A DNA stretch of 64,000 nucleotides, from assembly GCA_043826435.1 (NCBI GenBank), contig JBDRQF010000011.1, positions 7,025-71,024 on the forward strand, written 5' to 3'. Source of the DNA: Elusimicrobiota bacterium. Its GTDB lineage: Bacteria > Elusimicrobiota > Endomicrobiia > CG1-02-37-114 > JAHJSO01. Positions 1 through 9,952 of the stretch are shown piece by piece. The position numbers and the translations under genes are program-made. The notes under the pieces are model-generated. The model ran no database searches, was not told the origin of the DNA, and worked only from the letters and a program-made list of their open reading frames with translations. Numbering within the stretch: the stretch's first letter is position 1; each line of letters begins with the position of its first letter.

Positions 1-642
1 TTTTTTCATCCGCAGATAAGTCATTTGCCGACCAGCATGGAATATTTGCCTTTTTTGACATCATCATCCACTTGAGCGACGGCAGGCGCGGGGTGTTTAT
101 CTCCTTCGTTACGGTTATAAGCGCCGGCATGGGCATTTCAAGGATGTCATACCCATCTTCCATCATTCTGAGCACCTTTATTTTATCCCCGGTTATTTCC
201 TCAATCTTACCGACGTAGGAGACGTGGGGTATGTCCAGGTGTTCCGCGATGCCCGGGCCGACCTGTGCGGTGTCTCCGTCGGACGCCTGTTTCCCGCAGA
301 TGATTAAATCGGGCATTCCGGCTTTTGTGATTGCCAGTGCCAGAGTATAAGAGGTTGCCAGCGTGTCCGAGCCGGCGAAGTTCCTGTCCGATATTAATAC
401 TGCCGAATCGCAGCCGCGGGATAATGCCTCTCTGAGGGCCGTTTCCGCCTGCGGCGGGCCCATGGTCAGGGCCGTAACCTTCCCGCCCGTTTTTTCCTTT
501 ATACGGACGGCCTCTTCAATTGCATATTCGTCAAAGGGGTTGATTATTGACTCCACTCCCTCCCGTTTCAGCGTGCCGGTTTTATCGTCAATTTGAACAT
601 TTGTTGTTGCAGGGACCTGTTTTATACAGACGATTATATTCA
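1..642 (-). CDS. etfB: Electron transfer flavoprotein beta subunit (3' end truncated by window edge)
   Basis: Reverse-strand translation from ATG at 640-642 gives MNIIVCIKQVPATTNVQIDDKTGTLKREGVESIINPFDEYAIEEAVRIKEKTGGKVTALTMGPP..., a typical EtfB N-terminus. The reading frame stays open to position 1. The gene is absent from the ORF track because it is partial. Confidence 0.8.
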
Positions 643-743
643 TTTTTGTTTTAATGATACCTCATAATATTCGGCAATCAGTTCTCATTGGGCTGCTATA
701 CGGTGGTTGCCCCCCTACCGTTATTCACGGGGCGGTTAATCTT

Positions 744-1901
744 TTATTTCCGAAGTGATTCTTTTATTAAGGCGAGTGCAATTTCGTTTCTCTGTATTTG
801 GCTTGTCCCCTCGTATATCTGAGTAATCTTTGCGTCTCTCATCCTTTTTTCAAACGGGTATTCCCGCATGTATCCATAACCGCCAGCCACCTGGACGGCA
901 TCGGTAGTTACTTTCATCGCTATCTCACTTGCAAACAACTTGCTCATTGCACTTTCTTTTGTGAACCGCCCAGCAGGATTTGCGCTTATTGTTTTTGCCG
1001 TGGCATAAACAAGGGACCTTGCTGCCTCAACCTGTGTGGCCATGTCCGCCAGCATGTGCTGTACTGCCTGCTGCGAAGAGATTGGATGACCGAACTGAAT
1101 CCTCTGCCGGCTATACTCAATGGCATCTTCAAGGGCACCTGATGCTATCCCGAGTGCTTGTGCCGCCACCCCGGGACGGGACACATCAAATGTTTTCATC
1201 GCCACAATAAATCCCATCCCTTCTTTTGCCAGTAAGTTTTCCTTGGGAACTTTGCAATTGTTGAATATCAGTTCCCCGGTTGCAGATGCTCTTATCCCCA
1301 TTTTCTTTTCTTTTTTGCCGAACGAAAATCCGTCCATTCCTTTTTCAAGAATAAAGGCAGATGCCCCCCTGGAACCCTTTGATTTGTCTGTCATTGCTAT
1401 TACAGTATATACATTCGCCTCGCCGGCATTTGTAATAAAACACTTTGTGCCATTGAGGATGTAGTGTTCGCCTTCTTTTTTTGCTGTGGTCTGAATCGCC
1501 CCGGCGTCACTGCCGGCATTCGGTTCGGTTATCGCAAACGCAGCAAGATTTTTCCCGGAAGCGATGTCGGGCAGGAACCTTTTTTTCTGTTGTTCGTTCC
1601 CGGATAGAAATATAGGGAATGTTCCCATGGCGGTTGCTGCAAGTGCCAGAGAGATTGCGCCATCAACCTTTGAAAGTTCCTCAACAACGAGGCAGAGTTC
1701 AAATATCCCCCCGCCGAAACCACCGTATTCCTGCGGAATGTACACGCCGCAGAGCCCTGCCCTGGCAATCTCCTCTACTATGGGCCAGGGAAATTCTTCG
1801 TTTTCTTCATAGTGTTCACGGACTGGCTTGATTTTTTCTACGGCAAGTTTTCTGGCCAGACCAACAATCATTTTCTGTTCATCAGTGAAAAAGTATTCCA
1901 T
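744..1901 (-). CDS. Acyl-CoA dehydrogenase (butyryl-CoA dehydrogenase-like), directly upstream of etfB
   Basis: 385 aa with the acyl-CoA dehydrogenase fold hallmarks (MEYFFTDEQKMI..., FITN, YEGTSQIQR). Forms a bcd-etf-type arrangement with etfB. Confidence 0.85.
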   Translation of the reverse strand: MEYFFTDEQKMIVGLARKLAVEKIKPVREHYEENEEFPWPIVEEIARAGLCGVYIPQEYGGFGGGIFELCLVVEELSKVDGAISLALAATAMGTFPIFLSGNEQQKKRFLPDIASGKNLAAFAITEPNAGSDAGAIQTTAKKEGEHYILNGTKCFITNAGEANVYTVIAMTDKSKGSRGASAFILEKGMDGFSFGKKEKKMGIRASATGELIFNNCKVPKENLLAKEGMGFIVAMKTFDVSRPGVAAQALGIASGALEDAIEYSRQRIQFGHPISSQQAVQHMLADMATQVEAARSLVYATAKTISANPAGRFTKESAMSKLFASEIAMKVTTDAVQVAGGYGYMREYPFEKRMRDAKITQIYEGTSQIQRNEIALALIKESLRK

Positions 1902-1973
1902 AACATTTCCTCGCTTTTTTATTGTATTTTTTATCCGTGATTTTTACAATTACGCCTGCAACGTTTATTTTAA

Positions 1974-2678
1974 TTAGTTCGTTTTATTCTTTAACAATAA
2001 TTGTCTGTTTCCTTGAGTTTTTAAGCGGATTAGCGCCTGTTTTGCAGATTCCTGTTCAGCTTCCTTTTTACTGTTGCCCGTGCCTTTACCGAATACTTTC
2101 TTTTTTATCCGGACGACCATCTCAAAGACCTTTTTATGTTCAGGTCCTGATTCTTTCGTTACCTCGTAAGATGGCAGTGCCTTGCTTTGGGACTGGACTA
2201 TTTCCTGGAGTTTTGACTTGTAATCGTACTCCAGGGAAAGTTTCTTGTTTGCGATGTATTCCCGGACGAACTTTTTTGCCGTATCAAAGCCCCTGTCAAG
2301 ATAGATTGCCCCTATCATCGCTTCAAGGGTGTCGGCGAGCATGTTGTCCCTGTCCCTGCCCCCCGTTATCTCTTCACCCTTGCTCATCAGGACGTAATTG
2401 CCCAGATTGATTTTTCTTGACCAGCCGGCGAGGACACCCCTTGAAACGATCTGCGATTTAAGTTTCGCCAGGTAGCCCTCGGGGGAGGCCGGGAATCTTG
2501 CAAACAGATATTCTGCGACGACGCATGACAACACGCTGTCGCCGAGGAACTCAAGCCGTTCGTTATAAACGTCCGATTTATTTTCCATGGCGTACGACTT
2601 GTGCGTCCGCGCCTCTGTCAGCAGTTTCTGGCTACGAAATTTTACTCCAAGAACAGATTCCAGTTCAGTCATTCCCAA
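1974..2678 (-). CDS. rnc: Ribonuclease III
   Basis: ERLEFLGDSVLSCVVAEYLF RNase III signature box plus a C-terminal dsRBD-like region. 234 aa. Confidence 0.9.
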   Translation of the reverse strand: MGMTELESVLGVKFRSQKLLTEARTHKSYAMENKSDVYNERLEFLGDSVLSCVVAEYLFARFPASPEGYLAKLKSQIVSRGVLAGWSRKINLGNYVLMSKGEEITGGRDRDNMLADTLEAMIGAIYLDRGFDTAKKFVREYIANKKLSLEYDYKSKLQEIVQSQSKALPSYEVTKESGPEHKKVFEMVVRIKKKVFGKGTGNSKKEAEQESAKQALIRLKTQGNRQLLLKNKTN

Positions 2679-3912
2679 ATTTTTTTACGACGATAACGGC
2701 ATTATGCCCGCCGAAACCCAGTGAATTTGAAATGGCGCAGGTTATCTGTGCTTCCCGCGCCTTGTTCGGAACATAGTCCAGGTCGCACTCAGGGTCGGGG
2801 GTTTCATAGTTTATCGTCGGATGAATAAACCCGTTATTCATGCACAACACTGTGGCGGCGAGTTCAATTGCACCCGCAGCCCCAAGCAGGTGCCCTGTCA
2901 TTGATTTCGTTGAAGATACCGGTATCTTGTAAGCCCGTTCACCGAATACCTTTTTTAAGGCCATGGTTTCCGTTTTGTCGTTCAGTGGGGTGGAAGTGCC
3001 GTGTGCATTTATGTAGTCAATATCGGCAGGCGTTACGCCTGCGTCCTCAATAGCCCGCTGTATCGCCTTAATTGCAGCAACTGCCTCCGGGTGGGGCGCC
3101 GTGATATGGTATGCATCGTCAGTCGCTCCGTAGCCGGCGAGTTCAGCGTATATCCTTGCACCGCGGCTTTTTGCGTGTTCTAAGGTTTCAACGACGAATA
3201 TCGCCGCTCCTTCTCCCATAACGAAACCGTCCCTGTCCTTGTCAAAAGGCCGCGATGCCTTCTGCGGCTGGTCGTTTCTCGCAGAGAGCGCCCTGGCCGC
3301 ACAGAACCCCGCCAAACTCAGCGGCGTTATGCCTGCTTCTGCGCCGCCCGTTATCATCACGTCCGCATCCCCGTATCTTATCAGACGCAGGGCATCTCCC
3401 AGGGCATGGTTTGCGCTGGCGCACGCGCTCACTGTCGCGTAATTGGGCCCCTGGAAACCGCAGTCCATGGCGATTTCTCCGCCCGCCATGTTTATAATTT
3501 CCATCGGTATGAGAAACGGGCTGACCCTTTTCGGGCCTTTTTCCAGCAGGTTTTTGTATTCCGCCTCAATGGTTGAAATACCGCCGATACCCGACCCGAC
3601 TACTATACCCGCCCGCGAAAGGTCTATCTTTGCAGTATCCAGTTTTGCGTCTTCAATCGCCATCTTTGCGGCGACTACGGCAAACTGCGTAAACCTGTCC
3701 ATCCTTCTGGCTTTCTTTTTGTCAATGAAATTTTCAGGATTGAAGTTTTTGACTTCCGCTGCAAATTGCGTGGTGAACTGCGACGTGTCAAAAAGGGTAA
3801 TCGGACCGACAGCATCGCTTTTGCCCGACCGCAGGGCTTCGGTAAAGTCCGCAAGCCCCATACCCAAGGGAGAAACAACCCCCATTCCGGTAATGACAAC
3901 TTGTTTCTTCAT
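2665..3912 (-). CDS. fabF: 3-oxoacyl-ACP synthase II
   Basis: 415 aa KAS II with a thiolase-fold ketosynthase (active-site Cys region SACASANHA, HGTSTPLND, GHLLGAAG). Sits immediately after acpP. Confidence 0.9.
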   Translation of the reverse strand: MKKQVVITGMGVVSPLGMGLADFTEALRSGKSDAVGPITLFDTSQFTTQFAAEVKNFNPENFIDKKKARRMDRFTQFAVVAAKMAIEDAKLDTAKIDLSRAGIVVGSGIGGISTIEAEYKNLLEKGPKRVSPFLIPMEIINMAGGEIAMDCGFQGPNYATVSACASANHALGDALRLIRYGDADVMITGGAEAGITPLSLAGFCAARALSARNDQPQKASRPFDKDRDGFVMGEGAAIFVVETLEHAKSRGARIYAELAGYGATDDAYHITAPHPEAVAAIKAIQRAIEDAGVTPADIDYINAHGTSTPLNDKTETMALKKVFGERAYKIPVSSTKSMTGHLLGAAGAIELAATVLCMNNGFIHPTINYETPDPECDLDYVPNKAREAQITCAISNSLGFGGHNAVIVVKKFGND

Positions 3913-3942
3913 AGAGTCACCTCAAATCAAACCCGTGCAGGG

Positions 3943-4188
3943 TTATTTTTGTACCTGGTGGGATTTAATGTAATCCACCGCCTGGCCCACCGTAGTGATC
4001 TTTTCCGCCTCTTCATCCGGTATTTCCATACCGAAATCTTCTTCAAAAGCCATTACCAGTTCAACGGTGTCAAGCGAGTCGGCACCCAGGTCATTGATGA
4101 AGTGTGACTGCGGCGTTACTTCAGCGGGGTCAACCCCTAAACGCTCAACGATAATTTCCTTTACCCTTGTTTCAATGTCGTTTGACAT
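3943..4188 (-). CDS. acpP: Acyl carrier protein
   Basis: 81 aa with the [21 protein letters not shown] phosphopantetheine attachment motif. Confidence 0.92.
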   Translation of the reverse strand: MSNDIETRVKEIIVERLGVDPAEVTPQSHFINDLGADSLDTVELVMAFEEDFGMEIPDEEAEKITTVGQAVDYIKSHQVQK

Positions 4189-4223
4189 TTCTCCTACCTC
4201 CTGTTTTAAAATTGGTGCAGCGG

Positions 4224-4976
4224 TTACATATACATCCCGCCGTTTACGGAAAGGACATGGCCCGTTATGTAGCAGGAATCATCGCTACTTAAAAATATGA
4301 CCGCCTTTGCAACGTCCTCCGGCTCTCCAAGCCGGCCGACAGGTATAAGTTCGGATAATTTCTTTTTCTGTTCTTCGGAGAGTGATTCAGTCATCCGTGT
4401 TCTTATGAAGCCGGGTGCGATGGCGTTTACGAGAATGTTGCGGCCTGCCAGTTCACGGGCGCAGGTTTTTGTTAGCGCTATTACCCCGCCCTTTGAAGCG
4501 GAATAATTTATCTGTCCGGGATTTCCCATAAGCCCGACGACTGAGGCGATGTTTATTATCCTGCCCGAACGCTGTTTCATCATCACCTTGCCGGCCGATT
4601 TCGTACAATTGAAAACGCCCTTCAGGTTGATGTCAATGACTGAGTCCCACTCCTGTTCGCTCATCCTTATTATGAGATTGTCCCGGGTGATGCCTGCATT
4701 ATTGACGAGAATATCAATCTTTGAAAATTTTTCAAGCGCCAGTTTTACCATGTTTTCAACGTCCGCCGGGTTTGAAACGTCCGTCTTCACGGAGAGCGTT
4801 TGCGCCCCGGACTGTTTTGATATTTCTTCCGCGGCGTTTTTCGCCAGTGTTTCGTCTATGTCGGATATGACGATGTTTGCGCCCTCCATGGCAAGGGCTG
4901 ACGCTATCGCCTTCCCTATGCCCTGCGCCGCGCCGGTTACGATTGCGACCCTGTCAAGAAGTTTTTTTTCGCACAT
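4224..4976 (-). CDS. fabG: 3-oxoacyl-ACP reductase (SDR)
   Basis: 250 aa with [12 protein letters not shown] Rossmann motif, NAG, YSASK catalytic motif and FabG-like length. Fits the fab operon context. Confidence 0.85.
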   Translation of the reverse strand: MCEKKLLDRVAIVTGAAQGIGKAIASALAMEGANIVISDIDETLAKNAAEEISKQSGAQTLSVKTDVSNPADVENMVKLALEKFSKIDILVNNAGITRDNLIIRMSEQEWDSVIDINLKGVFNCTKSAGKVMMKQRSGRIINIASVVGLMGNPGQINYSASKGGVIALTKTCARELAGRNILVNAIAPGFIRTRMTESLSEEQKKKLSELIPVGRLGEPEDVAKAVIFLSSDDSCYITGHVLSVNGGMYM

Positions 4977-4992
4977 TTTAGTTTTTTCGCTG

Positions 4993-5949
4993 TCATACGG
5001 CTGATGTCAGTTCCGCTATTGTTCTATCAAGTGTTGCAATGTCGGAGACATTCAGTGTCTTTATTCTTTTGTCTATCCGTTTAGCAAGCCCGGTGAGGAT
5101 ATTGCCCGGCCCGATTTCAATGAATGCGTCAGCCCCGGATTCAATCATAGCCTTCACCGATTTCTCCCACAACACCGGTCTGTTTATCTGGCCCGCAAGT
5201 TTGCTCTTTATTTCTTCCGATGTTTTTGACGGTTGGGCGTCAACGTTTGTAACGACCGAAAAATCAGGGTTTCTGAAATTATATCCTTCAAGTTCCTTTT
5301 GCATTTTTTGCGACGCTTCGTTCATCAGCGACGAGTGGAAAGCCCCGCTTACGGCAAGCGGTATCGCCTTGAGCGCACCCCTCTCCTTTGCATTTAACAC
5401 GACCGCCTGGACCGTGTTTAATGAGCCGGATATGACTATTTGTCCCGGGGCATTGAAATTGACGAGTTCCGCGACGCCGCCGTTCTGCGACTGCATTTCC
5501 CTGCAGAGTCCGGCGAGTTTTGTTTCGTCAAGCCCGACGATTGCAGCCATTGTCCCCGGGGTTTTTTGGCAACAGTCCTCAATGAACTCAGCCCGTTTTT
5601 GGACAAGTTGAAGCCCTGTTGAAAAATCAAACACACCTGCGGCATAAAGGGCGGTATATTCGCCCAGCGAGTGGCCTGCGGAGCAAATGCTCCCTTCCAG
5701 AATTTTTGGATATTTCGTTTTTGTCGCTTCAAGGCATGCAACGGATGTTACAAAGACAGCCGGTTGAGTATTTATTGTTTGTTTTAGCGACTCTTCGGGC
5801 CCCTCAAATATCAATCTTTTTATGTCATAACCAAGTATTTTATTCGCTGATTCAAAAATTTCCTTTGCCGCAGAGAAAGCATCATGAAATTCCTTCCCCA
5901 TTCCCACCTGCTGTGCGCCCTGTCCCGGAAAAACAATTGCGTATTTCAT
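4993..5949 (-). CDS. fabD: Malonyl-CoA:ACP transacylase
   Basis: 318 aa with FPGQGAQ and the GHSLGEY active-site motif. Confidence 0.9.
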   Translation of the reverse strand: MKYAIVFPGQGAQQVGMGKEFHDAFSAAKEIFESANKILGYDIKRLIFEGPEESLKQTINTQPAVFVTSVACLEATKTKYPKILEGSICSAGHSLGEYTALYAAGVFDFSTGLQLVQKRAEFIEDCCQKTPGTMAAIVGLDETKLAGLCREMQSQNGGVAELVNFNAPGQIVISGSLNTVQAVVLNAKERGALKAIPLAVSGAFHSSLMNEASQKMQKELEGYNFRNPDFSVVTNVDAQPSKTSEEIKSKLAGQINRPVLWEKSVKAMIESGADAFIEIGPGNILTGLAKRIDKRIKTLNVSDIATLDRTIAELTSAV

Positions 5950-6010
5950 AATTCTATTACCCCCTGTAGCCGAATGTGTCCGAACTCACAGGCGGACGGA
6001 AACCCCGATT

Positions 6011-6997
6011 TCATAATTCTATAACCGCCGCCCCCCAGGTGAGTCCTCCGCCAAAAGCAATAAGTTCAACAATGTCCCCTGTTTTTACCCTGCCCTGTTG
6101 TCTCGCTTCGTCAAGTGCAATAATGGTTGTTGCAGCGGAGATATTTCCATATTTGTCCAGGTTTACAAATACCTTTTCTCTTGGAAGAGTAAGTCGTTCA
6201 GCAATGGCTTCTATAATTCTCAGGTTTGCTTGATGAGGTATCAGCAGGGCAAGGTCTTCAATCTTTTTCCCGCTGGCTTCCAGGGCTTTCCGGGATGCCT
6301 CCAGCATTTTCATGACGGCAAGTTTGAATACCTCTTTTCCTTCCATTCTTATAAAATGCAGTCCTTCCTTTACCGTCTTTTCACTGGCAGGCATTCTTGA
6401 GCCCCCAGCAGGTAGTTCCAGGATGTTGGAATATCTGCCATCCGCCTCCATGTAAACAGAAAGTATTTTGTTGGTTTCTGAACGGGTTAGAATTGCAGCA
6501 CCAGCGCCATCGCCGAAGAGGATACAGGTTGTCTTATCCTTCCAGTTTGTAATTTTTGAAAGCATCTCGGCGCCTACCAGCAGGCAGGTTTTGAAGGGGC
6601 CTGATTCTATCATTGATTTTGCAACTGCAAGGCCATAGATAAAACCGCTACATGCGGCGGAGATGTCAAAACACGCGGCTTTCCTTATATTCAGTTTCTG
6701 CTGGACGATACATGCGGTTGAAGGGAAGTACATATCCGGGAGGGTGGTGGCAACGATTATCAAATCAATATCACCGGGTAAAATTTTCGCATCCTCAATC
6801 GCCTTTTTGGCCGCCTCAACAGCCAGGTCTGATGTTACCATGTTTTCAGGGGCTATCCTTCTTTCCCTGATGCCTGTCCGTTCAATAATCCACTGGTCGG
6901 ACGTATCAACCATCTTTTCCAGGTCAAAATTTGTTAGCACCTTTTCCGGCAGGTATGACCCGGTGCCTGCGATCCGGACTCCGAATTTTTCATTCAT
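6011..6997 (-). CDS. fabH: 3-oxoacyl-ACP synthase III
   Basis: 328 aa KAS III with active-site Cys in AACSGF, a C-terminal HQANLRI and the GGGLTWG motif. Confidence 0.9.
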   Translation of the reverse strand: MNEKFGVRIAGTGSYLPEKVLTNFDLEKMVDTSDQWIIERTGIRERRIAPENMVTSDLAVEAAKKAIEDAKILPGDIDLIIVATTLPDMYFPSTACIVQQKLNIRKAACFDISAACSGFIYGLAVAKSMIESGPFKTCLLVGAEMLSKITNWKDKTTCILFGDGAGAAILTRSETNKILSVYMEADGRYSNILELPAGGSRMPASEKTVKEGLHFIRMEGKEVFKLAVMKMLEASRKALEASGKKIEDLALLIPHQANLRIIEAIAERLTLPREKVFVNLDKYGNISAATTIIALDEARQQGRVKTGDIVELIAFGGGLTWGAAVIEL

Positions 6998-8015
6998 TGT
7001 TGCCTTCCATTCTATATTTTTCCATTTCCCCGGATATTTTTTTATTTATGCCTTTTTTGACAAATTCGTTTGCGGCCCTGAGTGCATTTTTTATCGCCTT
7101 TGAATTTGATATGCCGTGACAGATAATACACACACCGTCTATACCCAGCAGCGGGGCGCCGCCGTATTCGGAATAATCAATACGTTTCCTGAGGTCTTTC
7201 AGCGCTCCCCAGAGAAAAGGTATTGAAAGGAATGCAAGCGGGTGTTTCTTCAATTCCAATTTTATCAGTTTAAACAGCATCTCTGCAACCCCCTCGCCGA
7301 ATTTCAGAACGATGTTACCCGTAAAACCGTCGCATACAACCACATCCGCCTTCCCATGGGGGATGTCCTTGCCTTCAATGTTCCCGATAAAGTTGAGGTC
7401 TGTCCCGGAAATCAGGTCGTATGCCTCAAGGGTCAGCTCATTGCCTTTATTCCTTTCCTCGCCTATTGAGAGAAGGCCGACACGCGGGGACCGGATACCA
7501 AAGATATCTTTTACGTACGTGCTCCCCATTAGAGCAAATTGTAGTAAATTTTTAGGTTTGCTGTCAACATTCGCGCCGACATCCAGTATGATGCAGGCGC
7601 CCGTAAGCGTCGGCATTAAGGTTGTTATTGCAGGCCTCGTTATACCCGGCAGGCGGCGCATCAGCATTAATGAACACGCCATAACCGCCCCCGAGTTGCC
7701 TGCAGAAACGACTGCGCCCGCTTTGCGCTGCGCTACCAGTTGGGTGGCTACGGCGATTGAAGAATCCCTTTTTGCCCGGACGGCAGCCGCAGGGGACTCG
7801 TCCATACCTATATTTTCTTTAGCGTGGTGAACCGTTATTTTTTCAGGGTCGTATTTATATTTTGATAATTCGTCCCTGAGTTTTTTTTCATCACCGACCA
7901 GTATTACCCGGATGCCCAGATCGTCCGACGCCCGTACCGCGCCTTCAACGTTTACCCCTATGCCGCCGTCGCCGCCCATTGCATCCAGGGCTACCGGGAG
8001 ATTGTTATTGTCCAT
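6990..8015 (-). CDS. plsX: Phosphate acyltransferase PlsX
   Basis: 341 aa PlsX family (AMGGD..., HGKAD) in the classic position between rpmF and fabH. Confidence 0.88.
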   Translation of the reverse strand: MDNNNLPVALDAMGGDGGIGVNVEGAVRASDDLGIRVILVGDEKKLRDELSKYKYDPEKITVHHAKENIGMDESPAAAVRAKRDSSIAVATQLVAQRKAGAVVSAGNSGAVMACSLMLMRRLPGITRPAITTLMPTLTGACIILDVGANVDSKPKNLLQFALMGSTYVKDIFGIRSPRVGLLSIGEERNKGNELTLEAYDLISGTDLNFIGNIEGKDIPHGKADVVVCDGFTGNIVLKFGEGVAEMLFKLIKLELKKHPLAFLSIPFLWGALKDLRKRIDYSEYGGAPLLGIDGVCIICHGISNSKAIKNALRAANEFVKKGINKKISGEMEKYRMEGNNE

Positions 8016-8016
8016 A

Positions 8017-8223
8017 TCACCGCTTCCCGGCCTTTTCCTTTTTCTTTTCCTTTTTTATCACAACGAGTTCGCCGTTGTAAAACCCGCATGCCCCACACAC
8101 CCTGTGCGGGAGTTTCGGCTCTCCGCACCCGGGGCATTTGCCGGTGTTTTGGGCTGCGATTTTCCAGTTTGCGCGGCGCATGTCACGCCGCATTCCTGAG
8201 TGTTTCTTTTTTGGACAAGGCAT
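8017..8223 (-). CDS. rpmF: 50S ribosomal protein L32
   Basis: 68 aa: MPCPKKKHSGMRRDMRRANWK... is an L32 N-terminal consensus. Contains a CxxC...CxxC zinc ribbon (CPGCG...CGACG). Confidence 0.85.
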   Translation of the reverse strand: MPCPKKKHSGMRRDMRRANWKIAAQNTGKCPGCGEPKLPHRVCGACGFYNGELVVIKKEKKKEKAGKR

Positions 8224-8241
8224 TTTGTTATCCCTCTTAGT

Positions 8242-8655
8242 TTACTGTTTATTTGAACACTTGCACTTCTCTTTGTTAAGGTTTTGTCCGCAGGCAGGAC
8301 ACAACCCCCTGCACGACTCGCTGCAGACAAGTTTCATCGGAAGGGAAAGGAGCAGGTTCTCCCTTATCTCACCGTCAAGATTAAATTCATTACCGAATTC
8401 GTTTGTGTCAATCTTCCTTTTGTCTTTTGACAGGACATTGTATTTAAATTCTTCAAGGCATCTGTCACAAACAAACGTTAATTCGCCGGACATAGCGGTT
8501 TTCAGCATTATGTCCGTGTCGCCGCTGATTTCAGCCATGAACGAAATTTCCAGCGGCGAATCCTGCCTGTGTCCGGTTTGTTCGCCGAGGGTGGCATCCC
8601 CGTATGTCCCCTCTATCCTCTTTTTCTTTTTTAATTCCTGTAAAGAAATTTTCAT
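8242..8655 (-). CDS. yceD: YceD/DUF177 family protein (large-subunit rRNA accumulation protein)
   Basis: Conserved position upstream of rpmF. CxxC...CxxC pairs (CDRC..., CPAC) are typical of DUF177. Start moved to MKISLQEL (ATG ~8653-8655) because a consensus promoter overlaps the track's upstream start at 8703. Confidence 0.7.
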   Translation of the reverse strand: MKISLQELKKKKRIEGTYGDATLGEQTGHRQDSPLEISFMAEISGDTDIMLKTAMSGELTFVCDRCLEEFKYNVLSKDKRKIDTNEFGNEFNLDGEIRENLLLSLPMKLVCSESCRGLCPACGQNLNKEKCKCSNKQ

Positions 8656-8689
8656 ATTTAAAGACCGATGCTTACTTTCTTGTCCGCAT

Positions 8690-8719
8690 ATTATAACAAA
8701 CATAAAATTGCTTTGTCAA
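8690..8719 (-). promoter_or_regulatory. Sigma70-type consensus promoter TTGACA-18nt-TATAAT (minus strand) for the yceD-rpmF-plsX-fab operon
   Basis: On the minus strand: cacTTGACAaagcaattttatgtttgtTATAATatgcgg. Both hexamers are 6/6 with an 18-nt spacer. Confidence 0.5.
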
Positions 8720-8721
8720 GT

Positions 8722-8774
8722 GTAAATGCAAAAACTTGGTAAATGCAAAAACATGGCAAATACAAAAAAACCGG
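8722..8774. repeat. Three tandem ~17-18 bp direct repeats (taaatgcaaaaacttgg / taaatgcaaaaacatgg / caaatacaaaaaaaccgg) immediately upstream of the -35
   Basis: Seen directly at 8722-8739, 8740-8756 and 8757-8774. They lie between the ackA stop and the fab-operon promoter. Confidence 0.6.
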
Positions 8775-8778
8775 TGTG

Positions 8779-9936
8779 TTACAGAAATGGCATAACTTCA
8801 CGGGCGATTATAAGTTCTTCATCGGTCGGGATTACCATAACCTTTGTTGCGGAACCGCCTGCCGATATAACCCCTGAACTTACCGTACTGTTAAGAGCCC
8901 TGTCCAGGATTATACCCATTCCCTGTAAGTCGTCAAGGGATTTGCTCCTGATTAAAGGGGATTTTTCCCCTATGCCCGCAGTAAAAACAATTGCGTCAAC
9001 CTTTCCGAGGACGGCATAATAGGCGCCTATGTATTTCCGGACCCTGTAGGTGAACATATCAATTGCAAGCTGAGCCCTTTCGTTACCTGCGGCGGCTTCG
9101 TCAATTAATGTCTTCATATCATTTGAAATCCCGGAAATGCCGTACAGCCCGCTCTGTCCTGTAAGCAGGGTATTTATTTCGCTTAAAGTCAGTCCCTCGC
9201 TCGCCATAAGGTACGGGACTATCGCCGGGTCTATGTCGCCGCAGCGCGTCCCCATTATAAGCCCTTCAAGCGGGGTGAAACCCATTGATGTGTCCACGAC
9301 ACAGCCCTTCTTTACCGCAGTTATACTGCAGCCGTTACCAAGGTGACATGTAATTATATTGATGTCCGTCATCTCTTTGCCGAGTATTCCTGCTGCCGTC
9401 ATTGATACATACCGGTGCGATATACCGTGAAATCCGAACCTGCGTATAGTGTATTTTCTGTAAAGGTAATAAGGCAATGCGTAAAGATAAGAGTACCTCG
9501 GTATGGTGGAATGAAATGCCGTATCAAAGACTGCGATATTTTTTGCCCCGGGCAGGATTTTTTCAATCATCTCAATGCCTGACAGGTTATGCGGGTTGTG
9601 AAGAGGCGCCAGCTGGAAACATTTTTTTATTTCCTGTTTGACGGCGTCCGTTACCGGTACTGAATTGCGTAGTTTTTCGCCGCCATGCACGACCCTGTGG
9701 CCGACGGCAGTGATACTGCCTTTTTCAATATGTCCGAGAATATATTCAAGAGCCGTCTTGTGGTCGGGTATGTTGCATATTTCTTTGGATTCCGGCTCAT
9801 CTGAACGGTATGACAGGACACAGGCGTCCTTTGAAGATATCCTTTCAACAGACCCCCGTGCTATACGGTTAAGGTCCCTGTCAAAAATGGAATATTTTAT
9901 GGAAGAAGAACCGCAGTTTAAAACCAGTATTCTCAT
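8779..9936 (-). CDS. ackA: Acetate kinase
   Basis: MRILVLNCGSSSIKYSIFD N-terminal ASKHA motif, typical of acetate kinase. 385 aa. Confidence 0.85.
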   Translation of the reverse strand: MRILVLNCGSSSIKYSIFDRDLNRIARGSVERISSKDACVLSYRSDEPESKEICNIPDHKTALEYILGHIEKGSITAVGHRVVHGGEKLRNSVPVTDAVKQEIKKCFQLAPLHNPHNLSGIEMIEKILPGAKNIAVFDTAFHSTIPRYSYLYALPYYLYRKYTIRRFGFHGISHRYVSMTAAGILGKEMTDINIITCHLGNGCSITAVKKGCVVDTSMGFTPLEGLIMGTRCGDIDPAIVPYLMASEGLTLSEINTLLTGQSGLYGISGISNDMKTLIDEAAAGNERAQLAIDMFTYRVRKYIGAYYAVLGKVDAIVFTAGIGEKSPLIRSKSLDDLQGMGIILDRALNSTVSSGVISAGGSATKVMVIPTDEELIIAREVMPFL

Positions 9937-9952
9937 AAGTTAAATGTAGGGT

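Noticed and set aside
363-596. 77-aa plus-strand ORF
   Set aside because: It lies antisense within the clearly recognisable etfB coding sequence on the minus strand, has no motif support, and is a shadow ORF.
3443-3973. Plus-strand ORFs of 100-200 aa throughout the window (e.g. 3443-3973, 8138-8725, 10595-11053, 16971-17510, 34868-35443, 18335-18934)
   Set aside because: All are antisense to strong, motif-supported minus-strand genes. Their composition is low-complexity and Ser/Pro/Arg-rich, typical of shadow frames, so none was annotated.
8722-8774. Possible CRISPR-like array (short tandem repeats)
   Set aside because: Only three contiguous 17-18-bp units with no spacers and no cas genes. 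They are better explained as promoter-proximal repeats.
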